Counted from the stretch's first letter, positions 48,493 to 61,499 are shown. The stretch: 64,000 nt of DNA from Thermodesulfovibrio sp. (GCA_025060075.1 JANXCZ010000038.1:16049-80048); one strand, 5' to 3'. Numbers and translations: made by a program. The notes: generated by a model from the sequence alone, not told the origin.

Positions 48493-49172
48493 TAGAAACA
48501 ACCAAGCTCACAGCTTCTTATTTTTATCTTAAGCTCATTTGCCATCTTTCCAACTTCAATATAGGGAACATCCAAATCTTCTGCGATCTTTCTTGCTTCT
48601 GAACATGTAATCTTTCCATTGTTGCTTCTTTCTTTAAGATGCTTTTCAATAAGTTTTCTTCTTTGAATTTCCTCTATATCTTTCATAATATCCTCCATTG
48701 AGTATTCATCTTTTATAACAATATCAGCTATTTCAAGAATAGCCTTTGCTGAAGGTTTATAAGACTCTTCAGATTTATCTTTAAAAAATATTATAACATC
48801 AGGCTGTAAGGCTTTTACCATTGAATTGCCTTCAATTATTATAATTCTTGGTCTTTCATCATTTTGAAGATAACTAAAAATATCCTCCTTCAATTTATCA
48901 ACAACTTCAGGTAAATCTTCCTCCCTTGCCTTTACCCAATAGACAATATCAGCACCTGCTGTTTTCATCCTTTCTGTATCTTTGCCTTTTATGTTTATTA
49001 CTGAAGACTCTTTAGTAATTGAGGAATAAAGAGAAGTTTTTGTATATTTTACAGCAATAACAAATACTTCATGATAAATTCCCTTTATGAATTTGATAAA
49101 ATTTTCTATAAAAGTAGTTTTACCTGCTTTGCTTCTATTACCACCAACTCCAACAGTTAATGAAAGATGCAT
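48492..49172 (-). CDS. P-loop (MobB-like) protein fused to a small Cys-containing C-terminal domain
   Basis: GGNRSKAGKTT, KDT.RM..AGA, IEGNS; C-terminal ITCSEARKIA...IKIRSCELGCF. Confidence 0.65.
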   Translation of the reverse strand: MHLSLTVGVGGNRSKAGKTTFIENFIKFIKGIYHEVFVIAVKYTKTSLYSSITKESSVINIKGKDTERMKTAGADIVYWVKAREEDLPEVVDKLKEDIFSYLQNDERPRIIIIEGNSMVKALQPDVIIFFKDKSEESYKPSAKAILEIADIVIKDEYSMEDIMKDIEEIQRRKLIEKHLKERSNNGKITCSEARKIAEDLDVPYIEVGKMANELKIKIRSCELGCF

Positions 49173-49176
49173 AGTA

Positions 49177-50604
49177 CTATCTTATAGGTAGATATATATC
49201 AAATCTTGTTCCTTTATTTGGTTCAGTTTCAACAAAGATAAAACCTTTAAGAAGTTGAACAATGTGATATACTGTGGTAAGTCCAAGTCCTGTACCTTTT
49301 TCTCCCTTTGTAGTAAAAAATGGTTCAAATATTTTACTTTTTGTCTCTTCATCCATACCAACTCCATTATCTAAAACTGAAAGACATACATAATCTTTCT
49401 TACTTTCTTCATCTGAAATTAATGTTTTGAACTTCTCAGGCAAAGGTTTTAATGATAACTCTATTTTAATTTGTCCTCCTTCTGGTAATGCATCCTGAGC
49501 ATTTAAAACAAGATTTGTTATTATTTTTTCTATATCTGTCTTGTCTGCGTATATTTTAATAGAATCTTCTGGCATAGTTGCAGTTAATACGATATTATCT
49601 TTTAATGAAGTTTTAAGAAAAATAATTATATTTTCAAGAACACTTTTTAAATCTATAAACTCAGGATTTTTACCAAGCTCTCTTCCGACTCCAAGTATTT
49701 CCCTCACATTTTTAAGTAGTGAATCAACCATTGAAAGCATCTTTTCTAAATAGGAAGCTGCCGTCTCTTTGTCTTTTGACTGCAAAGCAAGCTGTGCAAA
49801 GCCTCTTATTCCTGTAAGTATATTTTTTATTTCATGAGCATATGTAGAAATTAATCGGTTTACAGATTCCATTTTATAGGAAATTATTCTTTGTTCTTCA
49901 TATTTTCTTACTTCTGTAATATCAGTCAAAAAAATCGCATATCCGTGAATATCTTCATGATCAAGCTTTATACCTCTTAAACGAAAAATTTTGTTATTAT
50001 ATCTGATCTCTTTAAGATAGCTGTTATAAATCTCATATAAAGATAGTTGAGGAAATAACTCAAATATATTATGCCCTTTTAAGTCCTTATGTCCTGTATA
50101 CTTTAAGAATGAATCATTGCAATAGATAATCTTCCCTGAAAACTCTAAAAGAGCTACTCCTACTGGAGAATGTTCAATTACTGTATTAAGTTTTTTAAGT
50201 TCAATTTCTGCAATTTTTCTTATAGTTATATCATTTATAATCTGAACAGCACCAATTAAATCACAGGATTCATCAACTACATTAGATGCACACATTAATA
50301 CCCATGCACCTTTACCACCATAAAGATTTGGTAAGAATGTCTCAAGCTCATATATGTCTCCTCTTTTAATCAAGGACTCTGAATGCTCTATATCTGGATT
50401 TAAAACATAATCAACAAGCATTGGTCTTCGGTAACCATAGAAAGGAATAGAATACTCAAAATCTCCTTTTCCGATTATCTCCTCTTCAAATATGCCTGTC
50501 ATTTCCTCTAATGCTTTGTTCCATAATATGACTTTTCCTGATCGATCAACCGCAAAGACACCAACAGGTATGAGTCTTAAAACTCTTTTTATAATACTAT
50601 CCAT
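49177..50604 (-). CDS. Cytoplasmic PAS-PAS sensor histidine kinase
   Basis: PAS domains, AHEIKNIL, NLVLNAQDA, DNGVG, FFTTK..KGTGLGL. Confidence 0.9.
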   Translation of the reverse strand: MDSIIKRVLRLIPVGVFAVDRSGKVILWNKALEEMTGIFEEEIIGKGDFEYSIPFYGYRRPMLVDYVLNPDIEHSESLIKRGDIYELETFLPNLYGGKGAWVLMCASNVVDESCDLIGAVQIINDITIRKIAEIELKKLNTVIEHSPVGVALLEFSGKIIYCNDSFLKYTGHKDLKGHNIFELFPQLSLYEIYNSYLKEIRYNNKIFRLRGIKLDHEDIHGYAIFLTDITEVRKYEEQRIISYKMESVNRLISTYAHEIKNILTGIRGFAQLALQSKDKETAASYLEKMLSMVDSLLKNVREILGVGRELGKNPEFIDLKSVLENIIIFLKTSLKDNIVLTATMPEDSIKIYADKTDIEKIITNLVLNAQDALPEGGQIKIELSLKPLPEKFKTLISDEESKKDYVCLSVLDNGVGMDEETKSKIFEPFFTTKGEKGTGLGLTTVYHIVQLLKGFIFVETEPNKGTRFDIYLPIR

Positions 50605-50648
50605 CTTAAAGCTCCTTATTTTATTTTCATTTATTATAATAAAAAAAG

Positions 50649-51122
50649 ATGTATTTTATATATGTCCTATGTCCTATTGGTTGGTTAGGAGTTGTATTTG
50701 ACGAGTTTTTTTCAGTAAAAAAAATATTTGTGAATAAATCTATAAAAACAGATAAAGATATCAAAATTCCTGATTTTGCATTAGATTTTACCAATCAGCT
50801 TAATTTATATTTTAAAGGTGAACTTTTAAAGTTTAGCTATCCTATAAAACTTCAAGATATTTCGGATTTTGACAAAAAAGTCCTTGAACTAACTAATGAA
50901 ATTCCTTATGGAAAAACTGTTACATATAATTGGATTGCAAAAAAACTTAATACATCACCAATAGCTGTTGGACAAGCCTTAAAAAGAAATCCGTTACCAA
51001 TTGTTATACCCTGTCACAGAGTTATCAAATCAGATGGAAGCTTAGGTGGATACAGTCTTGGAGTAGAAATAAAAAAATGGCTTATAGAACATGAAAGGCT
51101 TGTAGCTTCCAAATTTAGATAA
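50649..51122 (+). CDS. ogt: Methylated-DNA-protein-cysteine methyltransferase
   Basis: IPYGKTVTY, AVGQA, IVIPCHRV. Confidence 0.93.
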   Translation: MYFIYVLCPIGWLGVVFDEFFSVKKIFVNKSIKTDKDIKIPDFALDFTNQLNLYFKGELLKFSYPIKLQDISDFDKKVLELTNEIPYGKTVTYNWIAKKLNTSPIAVGQALKRNPLPIVIPCHRVIKSDGSLGGYSLGVEIKKWLIEHERLVASKFR

Positions 51123-51134
51123 AAATTAACAAAC

Positions 51135-51143
51135 TGTTATAAT
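51135..51143 (+). promoter_or_regulatory. Extended -10 element, leaderless start
   Basis: TGtTATAAT, 6 nt before ATG 51150; no SD. Confidence 0.6.
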
Positions 51144-51149
51144 AAATAC

Positions 51150-51887
51150 ATGTTCTGTCAAAATCAAGCTTTTATTTGGAATGGTAAAGAAAAAATCCTA
51201 AAAATCGTAAAAAGAATGCCAACACATAATATTAATGAGCTTTTTGGTATTGAAAAGCAAAAAGAATTAGTTATCTCAAACACAAAAGCCTTTATTGATG
51301 GTAAAAGAGTTAACAATGTTCTTTTATGGGGTGAAAGAGGGACAGGTAAAACTACACTTATAAGGAGTTTACTTAATTATTTTAAAGAATCCTCTTTAAG
51401 AATGATTCAGGTACTAAAGAACGACATCATTACAATTCCATATCTTTATGACATCATCTATGAACAAAAAAATTTTAGATTTATTATTTTCATAGATGAT
51501 CTCTCATTCAATGAAAATGAACAGGAATTCAAAGATCTAAAACTTGTAATGGATGGAGGTATAGAGGAGATTCCTGAAAATTCTGTTATTTATGCAACTT
51601 CAAACAGAAGAAATCTTATGCCTACTACATCACAAAGTGATAATGAGCTTTTTCCCGAAGACAGTATTCAAGAACGTGCCTCACTAATTGAAAGATTTGG
51701 CTTAAGAGTAGGGTTTTATAAATTTTCAGAAGAACAATACTTTGATATTGTTAAACACTATGCAAAAAATGCAGGATTGGTCTTACAACAAGAGGAATTA
51801 ATCAAAAGAGCAAGACAGTGGGCTTTAGTACACGGAACAACAGGTAGAGCTGCCTATCAGTTTGTCTTAAGTCTTCAGATTCTTTAA
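51150..51887 (+). CDS. DUF815 family AAA+ ATPase
   Basis: [39 protein letters not shown]. Confidence 0.9.
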   Translation: MFCQNQAFIWNGKEKILKIVKRMPTHNINELFGIEKQKELVISNTKAFIDGKRVNNVLLWGERGTGKTTLIRSLLNYFKESSLRMIQVLKNDIITIPYLYDIIYEQKNFRFIIFIDDLSFNENEQEFKDLKLVMDGGIEEIPENSVIYATSNRRNLMPTTSQSDNELFPEDSIQERASLIERFGLRVGFYKFSEEQYFDIVKHYAKNAGLVLQQEELIKRARQWALVHGTTGRAAYQFVLSLQIL

Positions 51888-53381
51888 AGCAAGCTTATTC
51901 AAAGCATTAATATAGGCTTTTGCAGAAGCAATAATTATATCAGTATCAGAACCTTGCCCTCTTACTGTGTGTCCTCCTTCTTCAAGAATAACTGTTACTT
52001 CTCCTAAAGCATCGGTTCCGCCTGTTATTGCCTTTATCTCAAACTTATTCAGCTCTGCCTTTGAACCTGTAAGTGCTGTTATAGCCTTGTATACAGAATC
52101 AACAGGGCCGTCTCCAGATACTGTTATCTCCTTTTCTTCTCCATTTATCTTCATTCTCACTGTAGCTGTTGGTTTTTTCTTTGTTCCGCTTGAAACTTCA
52201 AGATCTACAAGTTGATAAATCTCTGTAATTCTTAAAACTTCATCTGAAACCAATGCTTCGATATCTTCATTAAATATGTACTTCTTCTGGTCAGCAAGTT
52301 TCTTAAATCTTTCAAAAGCTCGGTTTATCTCTTCTTCTGTTAGACTAAATCCAAGCTCTTCAAGTCTTTTCTTGAAAGCATGTCTTCCAGAGTGTTTTCC
52401 AAGCACAATTTTTGAACTTGGAATTCCTATATCTTCAGGTCTCATTATTTCATATGTTGTTCTTTCCTTAAGAACACCATCTTGATGAATTCCTGCTTCA
52501 TGGGCAAAAGCATTAGCTCCAACAACAGCCTTATTAGGTTGAACTACTATGCCTGTAATCTTACTTACAAGTCTGCTTGTTCTGTAAATTTCCTGAGTTA
52601 CAATCCCTGTGTCAGCTTTGAAAAAGTCGTTTCTTACCTTCAAAGCCATAACTATCTCTTCTAAGGCAGCATTTCCTGCTCTTTCTCCAATTCCATTTAT
52701 AGTGCATTCAACCTGCCCTGCACCCTTAAGTATGGCAGTAAGTGAGTTTGCAACAGCAAGTCCTAAGTCATTATGACAGTGCACACTTATAGTAGCCTTG
52801 TCTATATTTGGAACTTTGTTCATTAGATACTCAATTAGTTGTCCATACTCTTGGGGAACTGTATATCCTACTGTATCAGGTATATTTACAGTTGTAGCAC
52901 CTGCCTTTATTACCTCTTCAATAACTTTACATAGATAGTCCCAATCTGAACGTGTAGCATCTTCAGCTGAAAACTCAACATCATCTGTGTACTGTCTTGC
53001 CTTTTTAACTGCTCTAACTGCAGCCTCAATTACTTGGTCTCTGTCCATTCTTAATTTATATTTAAGATGTATATCTGATGTAGCAATAAATGTATGTATT
53101 CTCCTCTGTTCAGCAGGCTTTAAAGCCTCAGCAGCTCTTTCAATATCCTCATCTTTGGCTCTACAAAGTCCTGCAATTACCACATCCTTAATCTCTTTTG
53201 AAATTCTATTTACCGCTTCAAAATCTCCAGGAGATGCTATTGGAAATCCAGCCTCTATTATGTCCACTCCAAGCTTTTTAAGTTGTCTTGCTACCTGAAT
53301 TTTTTCTTCAACATTCATTGATGCACCCGGAGACTGTTCTCCATCTCTTAAAGTAGTATCAAATATTTTTATTCTTCTCAT
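51867..53381 (-). CDS. leuA: 2-isopropylmalate synthase
   Basis: [45 protein letters not shown]. Confidence 0.97.
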   Translation of the reverse strand: MRRIKIFDTTLRDGEQSPGASMNVEEKIQVARQLKKLGVDIIEAGFPIASPGDFEAVNRISKEIKDVVIAGLCRAKDEDIERAAEALKPAEQRRIHTFIATSDIHLKYKLRMDRDQVIEAAVRAVKKARQYTDDVEFSAEDATRSDWDYLCKVIEEVIKAGATTVNIPDTVGYTVPQEYGQLIEYLMNKVPNIDKATISVHCHNDLGLAVANSLTAILKGAGQVECTINGIGERAGNAALEEIVMALKVRNDFFKADTGIVTQEIYRTSRLVSKITGIVVQPNKAVVGANAFAHEAGIHQDGVLKERTTYEIMRPEDIGIPSSKIVLGKHSGRHAFKKRLEELGFSLTEEEINRAFERFKKLADQKKYIFNEDIEALVSDEVLRITEIYQLVDLEVSSGTKKKPTATVRMKINGEEKEITVSGDGPVDSVYKAITALTGSKAELNKFEIKAITGGTDALGEVTVILEEGGHTVRGQGSDTDIIIASAKAYINALNKLALKNLKT

Positions 53382-54140
53382 CTTGCACCTCTAAGGTTTG
53401 TCTCTTTTGTTTAATTAGAATGATTATATTTTCAATTATACCTAATAAAATATATAGACTTACAAGTATAAATATGGAGATGTTTGGTAAAATGAAGATA
53501 AAAAACAAAAGGAACATAAATATTAAAAGTATCCAGCCTGGCTTCTTCTCTTTAAAATCAATCTCCTTTAAAGCACGAAACTTAAGGGTACTTACCATTA
53601 AAAGAGAAAGTACAACTGTTAAAAATAAAAGAAAAAAATTTTTTTCTGGCTGAAGATCTAGAACTTCAATATAGAATATTACTAGTGCTGCAACCATTGT
53701 TGCTGCACCAGGAATTGGCAAGCCCTTGAAGGACTTAATTACAGATGTTTGAACGTTAAATCTTGCCAATCTCAATGCACCACAGGCAACGAAAAGAAAA
53801 GATACTGCAAATCCAATTCTGCCAAAATCATCAAGAGCAAAAATATATATAAGAATTGATGGAGCTACTCCAAAAGTAACAAGATCAGAGAGAGAATCAA
53901 GTTCAATGCCAAACCTTGTTGTTGTTCTCGTAAGTCTTGCCACTAATCCATCAAGTCCATCAAATATATTAGCTAAGATTATAGCCCAAGCAGCATGAAT
54001 AAATTTTTCATTTATAGCTGAAAGAATTGCATAGAAACCTAAGAATAAACCACAAAGAGTAAGTGCATTAGGAAGTATATAAACTCCTCTTGCTGGTTTT
54101 TGATCAGGATCCCTGTATTTTTTAACTTTTCTTATTTTAA

Positions 54141-54144
<4 letters not shown>
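53359..54144 (-). CDS. pssA: CDP-diacylglycerol-serine O-phosphatidyltransferase
   Basis: DGLDGLVAR...[24 protein letters not shown]. Confidence 0.93.
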
Positions 54145-55795
<1,651 letters not shown>

Positions 55796-55857
55796 TTATA
55801 AAATCTTAAAATTATAACACATACTTTTTATAGTTTTCACTTTATATGTCAGTACAT

Positions 55858-55887
55858 TTGAATTTTAAAAAAATATTATGGTATTCT
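55858..55887 (+). promoter_or_regulatory. Putative leaderless promoter of the ileS operon
   Basis: TTGAAT-18-TATTCT with extended TG, 7 nt before ATG 55895; no SD. Confidence 0.55.
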
Positions 55888-55894
55888 TTTATTT

Positions 55895-58642
55895 ATGTTT
55901 AAGGATTATAAAAACACACTTAATCTGCCTCAGACAGAGTTCCCAATGAAGGCAAATCTTGCAGAGAGAGAGCCTGCTATCTTAAAGTTTTGGGAAGAAA
56001 ATAGAATATATGAAACTCTTGAAAACAAAAATAAAGCTCTTGGAGGAAAATGTTTTATTCTTCATGATGGACCTCCATATGCCAATGGACATATACATAT
56101 TGGACATGCATTGAACAAGATTCTTAAAGATATAATAGTAAAATATTACTCAATGCTTGGTCATTATTGCCCTTTTGTTCCAGGATGGGATTGTCATGGT
56201 TTACCCATTGAACTTCAGGTAGACAAATCCTTAGGTAAAGAAAAAGAAAACATTGATATTCTAAAGAAGAGACAGCTTTGTAGAGAATATGCCGAAAAAT
56301 TTATAAATATTCAAAGGGAAGAGTTTATTCGGCTTGGAGTTTTTGGTTACTGGGATAGTCCTTATATTACTATGTCAAATGAGTATGAAGCTACAATTGT
56401 AAGGGAATTCCTTACATTTGTTAAGAATGGTTATGTATATCGTGGTAAAAAACCTGTTTATTGGTGTCCTTCATGTGTAACAGCACTGGCTGATGCAGAA
56501 GTTGAGTATGCTGATAAGGAGTCTCCTTCAATATTTGTTGCCTTTGAAGTAATTGATAGAGAAAAATTACCAGTTAAAGAATTTCCCATTTATATCGTTA
56601 TATGGACAACAACTCCATGGACACTACCTGCAAACTTAGCATTGGCTGTTCATCCAGATTTTGACTACATAGGAGTGAGAACTTCAAAGGGAATACTCTT
56701 AATAGGTAAAGAAGCAATTAAAAATCTAAAAGACAAGATTGATATTGATGAAAAACCATTGTTTGAAGTAAAAGGTTCAAAACTTGAAGGTATAAGAGCT
56801 AAACATCCCTTTATTGATAGATTATCAAAAGTAATAGTAGCTGATTTTGTTCAAACAGGTGAAGGTACAGGAGTAGTTCATATAGCACCTGGACATGGAG
56901 AAGAAGACTATGAAATTGGACTAAAATATAGTCTTGATATTTATGCACCTGTTGACGATAGAGGTAGATTTACAGATGATGTCTTTCTTTTTAAAGGAGA
57001 AAATGTCTTTAAGGCAAATAAAGCAATAATAGAGCATATGAAAAAAAACGGTTCATTAATATGGGAAGGGAAAGTTACTCACTCTTATCCACACTGCTGG
57101 AGATGTAAAAAACCTATAATCTTCCGAGCCACAACTCAGTGGTTTATTTCAATGAGTCATAAAGACCTGCGCCATCGTGCTCTTCAAGAAATAGATAAAG
57201 TAAAATGGATTCCTTCATGGGGAAGAGACAGAATTTATTCAATGGTAGAAAGAAGACCTGATTGGTGCCTTTCTCGTCAAAGGGCATGGGGAGTTCCTAT
57301 TACTCTATTTACTTGTAAAAAATGCGGATATATAGTTAAAGATGAAAAACTTTTTGACAGAATATGTGAACTTGTTGAAAAGGAAGGTTCTGATATTTGG
57401 TTTAAAATAAATCTTGATGATTTACTTCCCGATTATTCATGCCCGGAGTGTGGTTCAAAGGATTTTGATAAGGAAAAAGATATTCTTGATGTTTGGTTTG
57501 ACTCAGGTGTAAGTCATGCAGCAGTTCTTGATAAGGATCCAAGACTTAGTTGGCCTGCTGATATTTATCTTGAAGGAAGTGATCAACACAGAGGATGGTT
57601 TCAGAGTTCATTAATAGCCTCACTTGGCACTAAAGGAAAGGCTCCCTATAAGATTGTCCTTACTCATGGATTTACAGTTGATGGACAAGGAAGAAAAATG
57701 TCAAAATCTCTTGGAAATGTAATATCTCCTCAGGAAATTATAAAAAATAACGGAGCTGACATAATAAGATTATGGGTTTCAGCAGAAGACTACAAAGATG
57801 ACATAAAACTTTCACAAGAAATTTTACAAAGACTTACAGAAGCTTACAGAAAAATAAGAAACACTCTAAGATATCTCCTTGGAAATCTCTATGACTATGA
57901 CGGTAAGGACTACTCAGGAGAACTTCTTGAGATAGACAGATGGGCAATGATGCGACTTCAAAAGTTAATTGAAAGAGTAAGAGCTGCATATGAAAACTTT
58001 GAGTTTCATCAAATCTTTCACTCAGTTTATAACTTTTGCGTTACAGATATGAGTGCTTTATATCTTGATATCTTAAAGGACAGACTTTATACCTTTAAAT
58101 CTGACTCTGTAGAAAGAAGAGCAGCACAATGGGTCTTATATAATATTGCTGAGTCTCTAATTAAACTAATTGCTCCAATCCTTTCATTCACAGCAGAAGA
58201 GGCATGGCAACATCTACCATTTAAAAAGACCAAAAGCGTATTTTTAGAAAAGATGCCAGAAAAAGATGAAAGATTTTTAGATGAAGAGCTTCATTCAAGA
58301 TGGGAAAAACTAATTCAAATAAGAGATGAGGTCAATAAGGCTCTTGAAATAAAAAGACAAGAAAAGTTTATAGGAAACTCTTTGGAAGCCAAAGTGATAC
58401 TCTATGTTAATCATAAACTAAAGGACTTTTTATTGCCTTATCATGATTTCCTACCAACACTTTTTATAGTATCGCAAGTAGAATTAAAGGATTTAGACTC
58501 TCAGGATATTGAGCTTAAAGTAATGGTAGATAAAGCCGAAGGAGATAAATGTCAAAGATGTTGGAACTACTCTCCAACTGTTGGAAAACTTGAAATTCCT
58601 GATTTGTGTCAACGATGTTATCATGTCATTAAATCTCACTAA
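55895..58642 (+). CDS. ileS: Isoleucine-tRNA ligase (type 1)
   Basis: HDGPPYANG, HIGH, WTTTPWT, EGSDQHRGWF, KMSKS, C-terminal zinc finger. Confidence 0.98.
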   Translation: MFKDYKNTLNLPQTEFPMKANLAEREPAILKFWEENRIYETLENKNKALGGKCFILHDGPPYANGHIHIGHALNKILKDIIVKYYSMLGHYCPFVPGWDCHGLPIELQVDKSLGKEKENIDILKKRQLCREYAEKFINIQREEFIRLGVFGYWDSPYITMSNEYEATIVREFLTFVKNGYVYRGKKPVYWCPSCVTALADAEVEYADKESPSIFVAFEVIDREKLPVKEFPIYIVIWTTTPWTLPANLALAVHPDFDYIGVRTSKGILLIGKEAIKNLKDKIDIDEKPLFEVKGSKLEGIRAKHPFIDRLSKVIVADFVQTGEGTGVVHIAPGHGEEDYEIGLKYSLDIYAPVDDRGRFTDDVFLFKGENVFKANKAIIEHMKKNGSLIWEGKVTHSYPHCWRCKKPIIFRATTQWFISMSHKDLRHRALQEIDKVKWIPSWGRDRIYSMVERRPDWCLSRQRAWGVPITLFTCKKCGYIVKDEKLFDRICELVEKEGSDIWFKINLDDLLPDYSCPECGSKDFDKEKDILDVWFDSGVSHAAVLDKDPRLSWPADIYLEGSDQHRGWFQSSLIASLGTKGKAPYKIVLTHGFTVDGQGRKMSKSLGNVISPQEIIKNNGADIIRLWVSAEDYKDDIKLSQEILQRLTEAYRKIRNTLRYLLGNLYDYDGKDYSGELLEIDRWAMMRLQKLIERVRAAYENFEFHQIFHSVYNFCVTDMSALYLDILKDRLYTFKSDSVERRAAQWVLYNIAESLIKLIAPILSFTAEEAWQHLPFKKTKSVFLEKMPEKDERFLDEELHSRWEKLIQIRDEVNKALEIKRQEKFIGNSLEAKVILYVNHKLKDFLLPYHDFLPTLFIVSQVELKDLDSQDIELKVMVDKAEGDKCQRCWNYSPTVGKLEIPDLCQRCYHVIKSH

Positions 58643-59066
58643 AACTTTCTTATTAGTTTGTTCTATTATTTTTATTGATCAAAGTACAAAGTATCTTGCT
58701 GTTAAATTCTTAGCTCCTGATGGAACAATAAATTTATTACCTTTTTTAAATTTAGTTTATGTTGAAAACAAAGGTTCAGCCTTTGGAATGTTTAAATTTC
58801 TCGGTTCAGAATTTTTTATTTTTATAGCCATAATAGTCACATTTTTTCTAATTTATATGTATCTTAAAGACTCTAAAAACTGGTTTATTTACTCCATAAT
58901 ATTTGCAGGAGCATTAGGAAATACTATTGATAGAGTGGTATATGGACACGTTGTAGATTTCATAGATCTTTACATAGGAAAGTTTCACTGGCCAGCCTTT
59001 AATGTAGCTGACTCAGCAATAACTGTAGGACTTATTCTTTTTCTATATAAGAGCTTAAAAAAATGA
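58623..59066 (+). CDS. lspA: Lipoprotein signal peptidase II
   Basis: DQSTK, NKGSAFG, GALGNTIDR, VVDF, FNVAD. Confidence 0.95.
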   Translation: MSLNLTKTFLLVCSIIFIDQSTKYLAVKFLAPDGTINLLPFLNLVYVENKGSAFGMFKFLGSEFFIFIAIIVTFFLIYMYLKDSKNWFIYSIIFAGALGNTIDRVVYGHVVDFIDLYIGKFHWPAFNVADSAITVGLILFLYKSLKK

Positions 59067-59470
59067 GAATTTTTACCTACTCTGAAAAGGAAACTAAAAT
59101 TTTGGGAAAAATGATAGGATTCTTTGCTCAAAAACAAAAAATTAATGTTATAGCCCTTTATGGAGAGATGGGAGTAGGTAAAACTGTCTTAACAAAAGGA
59201 ATTGCCTCATCATTTGGAATAGATGAAAAAGATATAGCAAGTTCAAGTTTTATAATAGTATCTTACTATCCAGAGGCTAATTTTTATCACATTGACCTTT
59301 ACAGGATTAATAATATAAAAGAAGAAGATATTGACTTATGGGAGTATTTTGAAACAGGGACATGTGTGATAGAGTGGGCTCAAAATCTCAGTGAATTACC
59401 TGACAGTACGTTAAAAATTAAAATAGATTTAGTTGATGATAAAACAAGAATTTTTGAGATGGAGTTTTAA
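59063..59470 (+). CDS. tsaE: tRNA threonylcarbamoyladenosine biosynthesis ATPase
   Basis: GEMGVGKT, HIDLYR, VIEW. Confidence 0.92.
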   Translation: MRIFTYSEKETKILGKMIGFFAQKQKINVIALYGEMGVGKTVLTKGIASSFGIDEKDIASSSFIIVSYYPEANFYHIDLYRINNIKEEDIDLWEYFETGTCVIEWAQNLSELPDSTLKIKIDLVDDKTRIFEMEF

Positions 59471-60322
59471 ATGTTTAAAAATCTATCAATTCTCTATAAA
59501 GAAAATGATAATTTAGCTTTAGAAACAGCCATTAAAATACAAGATTGGCTTAAAAATAGAGGTATTGAATGTATAGTTTTTCACTCTGTGGGGGTTTTTT
59601 CAAGTTTTACTCATTCTGAAATAACAGCCATTCAGAACTCAGATGCAGTAGTTGTTCTTGGTGGAGATGGCACGATGTTGTCAGCTTCAAGAATTATTGG
59701 AGGAAAGAAAACTCCAATAATTGGAATAAATATGGGAAAACTGGGATTTATAACTGAAATCTCAAAGAACGATTTATTTGAAAGTTTAGAGAAGATATTT
59801 TCAGGAAATTACGAAATAGAAGAAAGAAGCATGATAAATGCTCAGATTTTAAGAGATGAAAAGATAATAAATGAATATCTTGGACTTAATGATATCGTAA
59901 TTGGAAAAGGAATAATGGCAAAGATTTCGGATTTTGATTTGATTATAAACAATGTTTATGTTTCAACAATAAAAGCTGATGGAATAATAGTATCTACACC
60001 GACAGGCTCAACAGCCTATAATCTTTCCGCAGGAGGACCTATACTCTATCCTACTTTAAAAGGTTTAGTCTTTACACCAATATGTCCTCATACTTTAAGT
60101 GTTAGACCATTAGTTCTGCCTGACAATTTTGTAATTGAAATAGTTATTTCCTCCTCTACAAGAGATATATTTCTAACAATAGATGGACAAGTTGGACTTC
60201 CACTTCAGAAGAACGACAGAGTAAAATGCAAAATAGCAAGTGAAAAGACATATATTATTGCTCCATTAGGTAGAGACTACTTTAGAATTTTAAGAGAAAA
60301 GCTAAGATGGGGAGAGAGATAG
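59471..60322 (+). CDS. nadK: NAD kinase
   Basis: LGGDGT, GKLGF, LND, DGIIVSTPTGSTAY..SAGGP. Confidence 0.96.
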   Translation: MFKNLSILYKENDNLALETAIKIQDWLKNRGIECIVFHSVGVFSSFTHSEITAIQNSDAVVVLGGDGTMLSASRIIGGKKTPIIGINMGKLGFITEISKNDLFESLEKIFSGNYEIEERSMINAQILRDEKIINEYLGLNDIVIGKGIMAKISDFDLIINNVYVSTIKADGIIVSTPTGSTAYNLSAGGPILYPTLKGLVFTPICPHTLSVRPLVLPDNFVIEIVISSSTRDIFLTIDGQVGLPLQKNDRVKCKIASEKTYIIAPLGRDYFRILREKLRWGER

Positions 60323-61017
60323 AAAATATAATTGAAATTCTTAATTTTTATAAAGCTCTTGGATTCAGAGAGTTGCCTCAAAGTTTTATTCACTCTTTAT
60401 TCAAAACAAACTCTCATATTTTGTTTTCAGAACCTCGTGAAAATACAAAAAATGAAATATTATCCATTGATTTTTTGAATGAAAAAATTAAAAATTGTAA
60501 AAAATGTCCATTAAGCCTTTCAAGAAAGAACGTAGTTTGTGGAGAGGGTAACACTAATGCTAAACTTATGTTTGTTGGAGAAGCACCAGGAGTTGATGAG
60601 GATATTCAAGGAAGACCTTTTGTTGGAGAGGCAGGAAAACTTTTAACAAGGCTTATAGAAAAAATGGGATTTGTCAGGAAAGATGTCTACATAACTAATA
60701 CTGTAAAATGTCATCCACCAAGAAATAGAGAGCCCTTTGAAAATGAAATATCTGAGTGTTTTGATTATCTAAAAAAAGAGATAGAAATAGTTTCTCCTCA
60801 AGTTATTATAAGCCTCGGTAAAGTTGCCACATATGCACTAATGGGAATGAATGGAAAACTTAGGGATTTGCATATATCAAAAATAAGAGGGAAAGTGTTT
60901 TTTTATAATCAAATTCCTGTTGTGCCTACATTTCATCCAGCTTATTTATTAAGAAACAGAAAAGACAAATGGCTTACATGGGAGGATGCTCAGGAAGCTT
61001 TAAGGAGGCTTAAATGA
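60307..61017 (+). CDS. Uracil-DNA glycosylase family 4 ([4Fe-4S])
   Basis: CKKC.L, GEAPG..ED..G.PFVG.AG, KCHPP.NR, HPAYLLR. Confidence 0.93.
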   Translation: MGREIENIIEILNFYKALGFRELPQSFIHSLFKTNSHILFSEPRENTKNEILSIDFLNEKIKNCKKCPLSLSRKNVVCGEGNTNAKLMFVGEAPGVDEDIQGRPFVGEAGKLLTRLIEKMGFVRKDVYITNTVKCHPPRNREPFENEISECFDYLKKEIEIVSPQVIISLGKVATYALMGMNGKLRDLHISKIRGKVFFYNQIPVVPTFHPAYLLRNRKDKWLTWEDAQEALRRLK

Positions 61018-61499
61018 AAGTTCTATGGGCACCTTGGAGAATTGAGTATATATTAGGTCCTAAGGAAAAAGAATGTATATTTTGTAGCAAACCAAGAGAA
61101 AACAAAGACAAAGAAAACTTAATTCTTTATAGAGGTAAGCTTTCATTTGTTATTATGAATAAATATCCATATAGCTCAGGACATCTCATGGTTGTTCCCT
61201 ACAGACATGTGCATACATTAGAAGAATTAAACACGGAAGAGCTTACAGAATGTATGCTTCTTACTGTTAAATGTTTAAAATGTCTTAGAAAAATACTTCA
61301 TCCAGATGGATTTAATATAGGACTTAATATAGGAGTGGTAGCCTCAGCAAGCATTGATGAACATCTTCACTGGCATATCGTCCCAAGATGGGCAGGAGAT
61401 GTAGGATTTATGACAGTACTTGAAGATATACGTGTAATTCCAGAACATATACTGGTAACTTATGATAAACTCTACCCATGCTTTAAGGAGGAAACATAA
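61014..61499 (+). CDS. HIT-family protein (Fhit/Ap4A phosphorylase-like)
   Basis: LWAPWR, NKYPY..GH, HLHWHIVPRW. Confidence 0.9.
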   Translation: MKVLWAPWRIEYILGPKEKECIFCSKPRENKDKENLILYRGKLSFVIMNKYPYSSGHLMVVPYRHVHTLEELNTEELTECMLLTVKCLKCLRKILHPDGFNIGLNIGVVASASIDEHLHWHIVPRWAGDVGFMTVLEDIRVIPEHILVTYDKLYPCFKEET

